Positions 58,935 to 64,000 of a stretch of 64,000 nt of DNA are shown one piece after another. Below the pieces are notes generated by a model. The model did not search any database, was not told the origin of the DNA, and worked only from the letters and a program-made list of their open reading frames with translations. The translations under genes and the position numbers were made by a program. Source of the DNA: Candidatus Poribacteria bacterium (GTDB lineage: Bacteria > Poribacteria > WGA-4E > WGA-3G). The stretch spans positions 576,001-640,000 of the forward strand of contig OZ219753.1 in assembly GCA_964291315.2 (NCBI GenBank), read 5' to 3'. Position 1 is the stretch's first letter, and each line of letters starts with the position of its first letter.

Positions 58935-59384
58935 TTATATTTCTCTATTTTGGAAAGGTGCACCGCGTTGGCGTGATCTGGGGCGCCCAAGGATCTCTCG
59001 AAGGATGACTCCTTGGCGAAACGTTTGTGGTGACAAATCTAGCAGCGCCGTAGCAGGAACTGAGCGTATTCCTGAAGAAGATTCAACAGGCACAGGAGGC
59101 GGTTGCGGTTTTGGAGGCTCAACGGGTTCTTGGACAGCAACAACCACTGGTTCCTCGGTGATCGGAGGTTTGCCAGCTTCTTCCTGTTGCGGTATCATGT
59201 CCTCGAGCTGTGTCTCGAACGGAAAGTTTTCCATGAAAGGTGGTGGCGTGACTTCGCCTTCTGGCACAGTATTTTCCCCCTTTTCAGTGTCCTCTTCTTG
59301 TCCGCGCCGACGCGAACTACGTAAGGCAAACGTTAAAAATATAGCAAGTGCTACCAGTATCTGAGTGATCTCTTCCATCGACAT
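58935..59384 (-). CDS. YqfB-like protein (N-terminal TM, Pro/Glu-rich linker)
   Basis: C-terminal 'RQGVILREILGRPRS'; located after floA. Confidence 0.6.
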   Translation of the reverse strand: MSMEEITQILVALAIFLTFALRSSRRRGQEEDTEKGENTVPEGEVTPPPFMENFPFETQLEDMIPQQEEAGKPPITEEPVVVAVQEPVEPPKPQPPPVPVESSSGIRSVPATALLDLSPQTFRQGVILREILGRPRSRQRGAPFQNREI

Positions 59385-59414
59385 TCCTCCTTTGAAGCAT
59401 TGTAAGCGTACAAA

Positions 59415-60446
59415 CTATGACAATCCGAGCGAATGTGCGGATCGGGTTGTGTCCACTTCTTGTGTGCCGCCTGGTGAAGCGATAGATTGACGCATTTCCG
59501 TATCCGCAAGGATATTGCGGAGGGTATAATAGTCCATAACACTCATTCTCTGCGAATCAAACGAGTCCGCAATAGATCGCGGGATTTCTGCTTCTGCTTC
59601 AATCAGTCCAACGGTCTTTTCTTCTACAAGTGCCTTATTTTCTTCTTCTTCGGCTTCGGCGCGAGCCCTCCGCTCTTCTGCTTTTGCGCGCGCTATCTTG
59701 AGTTCAGCCTGTGCTTGGTCTGTCTGTAATTTAGCCCCGACGTTTTCACCTACGTTTATATCGGCAATATCAATAGAGAGGATTTCGAAGGCAGTGCCTG
59801 CCGATAACCCTTTTGATAGGACTGTTTCCGAGATGAGAACCGGGTTCTCCAAAACCTGTTTGTGGCTTGCAGCCGAACCGATGGTTGTAATAATTCCCTC
59901 TCCGACTCTGGCGCGGATAGTGTCTTCAGTCGCACCGCCGACCAACCGGTCGATGTCAGCTCTTACTGTAACACGAGCTTTAACAATCAACTGAATGCCG
60001 TCGCGAGCAACTGCAGTGATGCCGTTGTTGGCCTCGCTTTTTTCAGGGATGTCAATAATCTCTGGTGTAACACTGACTTGAACAGCTTGCAAGACATCAC
60101 GTCCTGCAAGGTCAATTGCGGCAGCCTGTGCAAATCCGAGGTCAATGTTAGCTTTATCTGCAGCGATTAGTGCTGCTACAACGCTACCTACGCGTCCTCC
60201 AGCGAGATAATGTGCTTCGAGGTCATCAAGTGACAAAGTCAAGCCTGCTTTTGTTGCGTTAATCTGCGGTTCGACGATTGCAGCCGGCGGTACTCGCCGC
60301 AAGCGCATCGCAACGAGGTCGAAAATACCTACCTTCACGCCCGCTGCAATAGCAGTGATCCACAGACCAACTGGAACAAGCCAAGTGATAATAATTATGA
60401 ACAAAACCACCAGAACGGCAATAATTGCGATCATTATTGGTGCCAT
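59415..60446 (-). CDS. floA: Flotillin-like protein FloA (YqfA), full length
   Basis: 'LEAHYLAGG', 'AIDLAGRDV', 'ARVGEGI', '[10 protein letters not shown]', 'MDYY..ADTEMR'. Confidence 0.92.
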   Translation of the reverse strand: MAPIMIAIIAVLVVLFIIIITWLVPVGLWITAIAAGVKVGIFDLVAMRLRRVPPAAIVEPQINATKAGLTLSLDDLEAHYLAGGRVGSVVAALIAADKANIDLGFAQAAAIDLAGRDVLQAVQVSVTPEIIDIPEKSEANNGITAVARDGIQLIVKARVTVRADIDRLVGGATEDTIRARVGEGIITTIGSAASHKQVLENPVLISETVLSKGLSAGTAFEILSIDIADINVGENVGAKLQTDQAQAELKIARAKAEERRARAEAEEEENKALVEEKTVGLIEAEAEIPRSIADSFDSQRMSVMDYYTLRNILADTEMRQSIASPGGTQEVDTTRSAHSLGLS

Positions 60447-60503
60447 GTGTACGATTCTCCATTAATCCAGCGCCACCATCTGACAGCGCTTAGGTAAGTT
60501 GCG

Positions 60504-61400
60504 TTATTGTTCCGTCATGTTTAAATTGCCTTCCCGGAAAGCACTAGCAAGTGCTCGGGGGACCAATGCTTCCGCTTCAACGACTTGGGCACGCTTCTTT
60601 TGTACATTAGCGGTCATTTCCTGTTTTTGGGCTACTGCCATTGCTCTCCGTTCTTCCGCTTTTGCCTGTGCTACAACTAAATCAGCTTCGGCTTGTTCTG
60701 CTTGGAGTTCCGCCCCGATATTTTTGCCGACGTTGACATCAGCGATATCAATAGAAAGGATTTCAAAAGCAGTACCAGCATCAAGTCCGCGATCAAGGAC
60801 CGTTTTTGAGATAATATCTGGGTTTTCTAGAACATCTTCATAGGTCTCAGAGGCGCCAATAGCACTGATAATGCCTTCGCCAACGCGTGCAATGATAGTT
60901 TCCTCGCCCGCCCCTCCAACGAGCCGATTGATGTTGGTCCGTACTGTGATACGCACAGTCGTGATCAATTCCACACCATCCAGAGCTAGTGCACTGATAC
61001 GGGGGGTAGTGATTACGCGAGGGTTAACACTGACTTGAACCGCTTCAAACACATCACGGCCCGCCAAGTCGATAGCGGAGGAGCGTTGAAAAGTGAGTTC
61101 AATTCTAGCTTTATCTGCCGCAATGAGCGCACTAACGACATTAAGGACATTACCTCCAGCGAGATAGTGGGCTTCTAAGGCTGCAGTTGCTAACTTCAAC
61201 CCAGCCTTGTGGGCACTGATCAACCCTTTGACAATGATATTAGGATTGACTCGCCTTAAGCGCATCCCAATCAGATCAATAATCCGAAGTGGAACCCCTG
61301 CGGCGACAGCGGCTATCCAGAGCCCAACAGGGACAAACCAAAAAAACGCAATAATAACAATCAGAACAACAAGGGCAATTCCCCCTGTAAAAACATCCAT
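60504..61400 (-). CDS. floA: Flotillin-like protein FloA paralog lacking C-terminal DYY tail
   Basis: Same core motifs; ends '[12 protein letters not shown]'. Confidence 0.9.
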   Translation of the reverse strand: MDVFTGGIALVVLIVIIAFFWFVPVGLWIAAVAAGVPLRIIDLIGMRLRRVNPNIIVKGLISAHKAGLKLATAALEAHYLAGGNVLNVVSALIAADKARIELTFQRSSAIDLAGRDVFEAVQVSVNPRVITTPRISALALDGVELITTVRITVRTNINRLVGGAGEETIIARVGEGIISAIGASETYEDVLENPDIISKTVLDRGLDAGTAFEILSIDIADVNVGKNIGAELQAEQAEADLVVAQAKAEERRAMAVAQKQEMTANVQKKRAQVVEAEALVPRALASAFREGNLNMTEQ

Positions 61401-61513
61401 TATTTTTCTCCTACGAATAGTTGTCAGTTTTCCGTTATCGATTTCGAGAACTTTATTGTGGGTTTTGGTATTTAGTACGAGGTTGTTAGTCCTTAATTAA
61501 TTTGATCTACAAC

Positions 61514-61738
61514 TTATAACCTACAACCAATACCCATTCTGTTGTAAACTGTGAACAGCACTACTGCTTTTGACAAAATCACCGCAATCTCAGTTTTAGC
61601 GCGGACAAATTCACCTTGTGTGACAATATCAACGCGGTGTTCACCAATCAGGGGATCACCGGCCAGTTGTAAAGAGGTGATTACCGTACCAGGTTTTCCT
61701 ACCAAATCTACCAATGATGAGAAAAAATTAGAAACCAC
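61514..61738 (-). pseudogene. NfeD C-terminal OB-fold fragment
   Basis: 'LVGKPGTVITSLQLAG..RVDIVTQGEFV' aligns with 'YLGKPGTALTPLRPSG..RVDVVTVGDFI' of the upstream NfeD. Confidence 0.6.
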
Positions 61739-61880
61739 ATGGTTTACTCTATATCGAGCACATGGACGCTATGTAGCAGTCGGATCTGTCACACGGTACC
61801 GAATGAACCGGAATATCCATCTAGTAAACACGATTTCGTATACTAAGGCTCCGAACCGTTACTGGCAGAGCACGATAGAA

Positions 61881-63392
61881 TTAAGTGTCTTCAACTGCTT
61901 CCACAAAGACCTTGGAGCCCTCCACTTCTATGACTCTAATAGCACTGTTTTGCGGAATGAAATCACCAACCGTGACAACGTCCACCCTTTTATTTTCGAT
62001 CCTTGCTGTTCCAGAGGGGCGCAAGGGAGTCAGAGCAGTACCGGGTTTCCCGAGGTAGTCTTGAAAATCCTCAGGACTAGACGAATGGTACCCCATTTGA
62101 GCGTCCATGACCGTCGATAGTGCAAATTTTCGGAAAAGCTGCGTTTCAGGGAGTAAAACTACAGCAAGGATGCTCAATGCAGCGCTTAAGATTACAGAGA
62201 CTGAAAGCCATAGGATTGCATTTCGAAAATCGTAAGCCTTATCGAAAACGAAAAAGGCACTTGCTAACATGAACGTAATTCCGAAAATGCCTGCGATACC
62301 GAAACCGGGAACAACAAAAATCTCCAAAGCGATTAGCGCGATTCCAAGGAGAAAGAGCAAGAAGGCCCATTCTGCCCCGATTTTTGTTAGCATGTGTCCT
62401 CCGAAGAAGAGGCCGACGCAAAGCAGTCCAAGGAACCCAGGGATCCCGAAACCGGGAGTGCGAATTTCTATGAAAATACCGAGAAGTCCCAAGGAAAGTA
62501 GCAGCGAGCTGATGAGCGGGTTTGTGAGAAAGAAAACAATTTTATCCGCTAACGTCGCCTCAACTGCGACGACCCGGGCATCTGTGAGAGTTTTCAGGGG
62601 TGTTACTTCTGAAAAACCGTAGGTGCGCTGTTGTTTCTTAATACCTTCTTCTGTGAGAGGTAGTTTAGTGCCGGCAACCTCAACAATTTGGTATTGTGCC
62701 AACAGTTCCGTGACAGTTTCGGCTTGTGCATCCGCAAAATTGTATTGGAGGGCTTGTTTGGTAGAGAGCGTGAGCAGTTTCCCTTGTGCGCAGAGGATTT
62801 CCATTTGCTCCCCGTCTCCCTCACGCGTGGCGTATTCTTCAGGGCGGAGCTTGACAATCTGTCCGTCTGAGAGTTTGACAAGAACGAGCTCTTTGTCTAC
62901 CATTGCTTCAGCGATATCAGGGTTCCGATTCTCCCGTTCAGCGGTTGAGCGGATGGTTCCTTGGATATACGATATTGCCTTTTCACCGGCTTCCTGTCCT
63001 TGGATATCAACAGGCGCGGAATCACCGATGGTTCCACCCGAGGTCATCACAATCTGATTACAAGCGATAGAAATCATTGCCCCTGCCGAAATAGCCTGTC
63101 TATTGACAAAAGCGATCGTGGGCAGCTGCGTATCTTGAATGGAGCGGATGATATTGACAGCAGAATCCACCCGACCCCCTGGTGTGTCTACATCGAAGAC
63201 AATAGCATCAGCACCGGCTTCTTCAGCCAACTGAATACTATCGCTAATGTAGGTGCCAAGACCGCTTCCGATCTCGTTTCGGATATCAATCACGTAAACC
63301 AACGCGTTGTCTTGTGCAGACAGATCTCCTCTCATGACGAGGCATACGATTAAAAGGATCACACAGCCTACAAGCATCGTTTCGCGTCTCAT
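61881..63392 (-). CDS. nfeD: NfeD long form (ClpP-like protease + TM + OB fold), YqeZ-like
   Basis: 'DTPGG', 'AISAGA', 'TPGFG..G', 'LRPSG'. Confidence 0.9.
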   Translation of the reverse strand: MRRETMLVGCVILLIVCLVMRGDLSAQDNALVYVIDIRNEIGSGLGTYISDSIQLAEEAGADAIVFDVDTPGGRVDSAVNIIRSIQDTQLPTIAFVNRQAISAGAMISIACNQIVMTSGGTIGDSAPVDIQGQEAGEKAISYIQGTIRSTAERENRNPDIAEAMVDKELVLVKLSDGQIVKLRPEEYATREGDGEQMEILCAQGKLLTLSTKQALQYNFADAQAETVTELLAQYQIVEVAGTKLPLTEEGIKKQQRTYGFSEVTPLKTLTDARVVAVEATLADKIVFFLTNPLISSLLLSLGLLGIFIEIRTPGFGIPGFLGLLCVGLFFGGHMLTKIGAEWAFLLFLLGIALIALEIFVVPGFGIAGIFGITFMLASAFFVFDKAYDFRNAILWLSVSVILSAALSILAVVLLPETQLFRKFALSTVMDAQMGYHSSSPEDFQDYLGKPGTALTPLRPSGTARIENKRVDVVTVGDFIPQNSAIRVIEVEGSKVFVEAVEDT

Positions 63393-63621
63393 GATACACT
63401 CCTTATCCTACATTTGTTGGAATTGCCAATTCTATATCTTTTGACTCTGGCATGTTTTTAGCACAAATCGTTTAAAAGAGAAGATTGGTTGTCAATTTAT
63501 TATATCTTAAGATAATTCTATGCGTCAAGGTGTATTGTCATTTAGCTGTCATTTGTCTAGCTAACAGCATTCGGAACTTGGAAATCCCTTCTGAAACAAC
63601 AGGATGGAACGCCCTCTCGCC

Positions 63622-64000
63622 TTAGTTGGAGGCGAGTTCTTCTTGGATCCACGCGTGGAGAACATGATTCAGAATCAGATGGACATCTTCTATGGGTCCA
63701 TAACGATCGCTCTCTACAACAACATTGACATCACAAATAGATGCTAACTTGCCACCGCCAAATCCGCTCCATCCGATCGTTTTGCAGCCGATGTTTCTGG
63801 CGTGCTGCATCGCACGAAGGACGTTTTCGGAATTTCCACTTGCACTGATAGCAATAATGACATCTTCAGGATTCACAAGGTTTTTCAGCTGCTCCATGAA
63901 AACATCCTCGTAGGCGATATCATTGGACCAGGCAGTCATTGTTGCAACGTTGTCGGTTAGACTGATGACTCGAAAACGAGGCTTACCGCGGACACTCGTA
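63622..64000 (-). CDS. gmhA: SIS-domain phosphoheptose isomerase (GmhA-like), 5' end beyond window
   Basis: 'TAWSND', 'ISASGNSENV', 'GFGGGKL', 'EDVH..H'; frame open to window edge. Confidence 0.75.
   Translation of the reverse strand, partial: TSVRGKPRFRVISLTDNVATMTAWSNDIAYEDVFMEQLKNLVNPEDVIIAISASGNSENVLRAMQHARNIGCKTIGWSGFGGGKLASICDVNVVVESDRYGPIEDVHLILNHVLHAWIQEELASN

Noticed and set aside
58837-59364. 175-aa Gly/Ser-rich ORF
   Set aside because: Antisense mirror of the Pro/Glu-rich YqfB-like gene.
61551-62120. 189-aa plus-strand ORF
   Set aside because: Antisense to nfeD and its relic; no recognisable motifs.
1-64000. CRISPR array, tRNA, rRNA, integrase or reverse transcriptase
   Set aside because: No regularly spaced repeats, cloverleaf signatures or such ORFs were seen by eye; covariance searches were not run.

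Overview
A 64-kb bacterial chromosomal window of moderate GC. The gene repertoire and short intergenic repeats suggest a diderm such as Ca. Poribacteria; this is an inference. No rRNA, tRNA, CRISPR array or transposase is visible. Housekeeping and metabolic genes include a heterodimeric ABC exporter, gnd, a xylA-like isomerase, adk, aroK-aroB, a sulfatase, an epimerase and gmhA. Four restriction-modification loci are interleaved: a MjaI-like pair with a frameshifted nuclease, a Type III Mod-like MTase split by an in-frame TAG, an intact Type IIG/ISP-like fusion, and an intact BglII-like pair preceded by a 114-bp MITE-like element. The best candidates for poorly described systems are: (i) a four-gene FN3/DUF6754-like membrane operon (49759-53037); (ii) a 1235-aa passenger-POTRA-Omp85 fusion carrying a CBM9-like domain (39413-43120); (iii) a split corrinoid/ASKHA/homocysteine-methyltransferase cluster behind a TatT/TatP pair; (iv) a transglutaminase-BatA/vWA-Omp85-DUF6785 run; and (v) an nfeD locus with two divergent floA copies. 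Below gene scale there are dispersed degenerate heptamer arrays (one in frame inside a protein), C-rich to G-rich skew flips inside the RM genes, and a probable ATT start codon. All family assignments are by motif recognition; no database searches were run.
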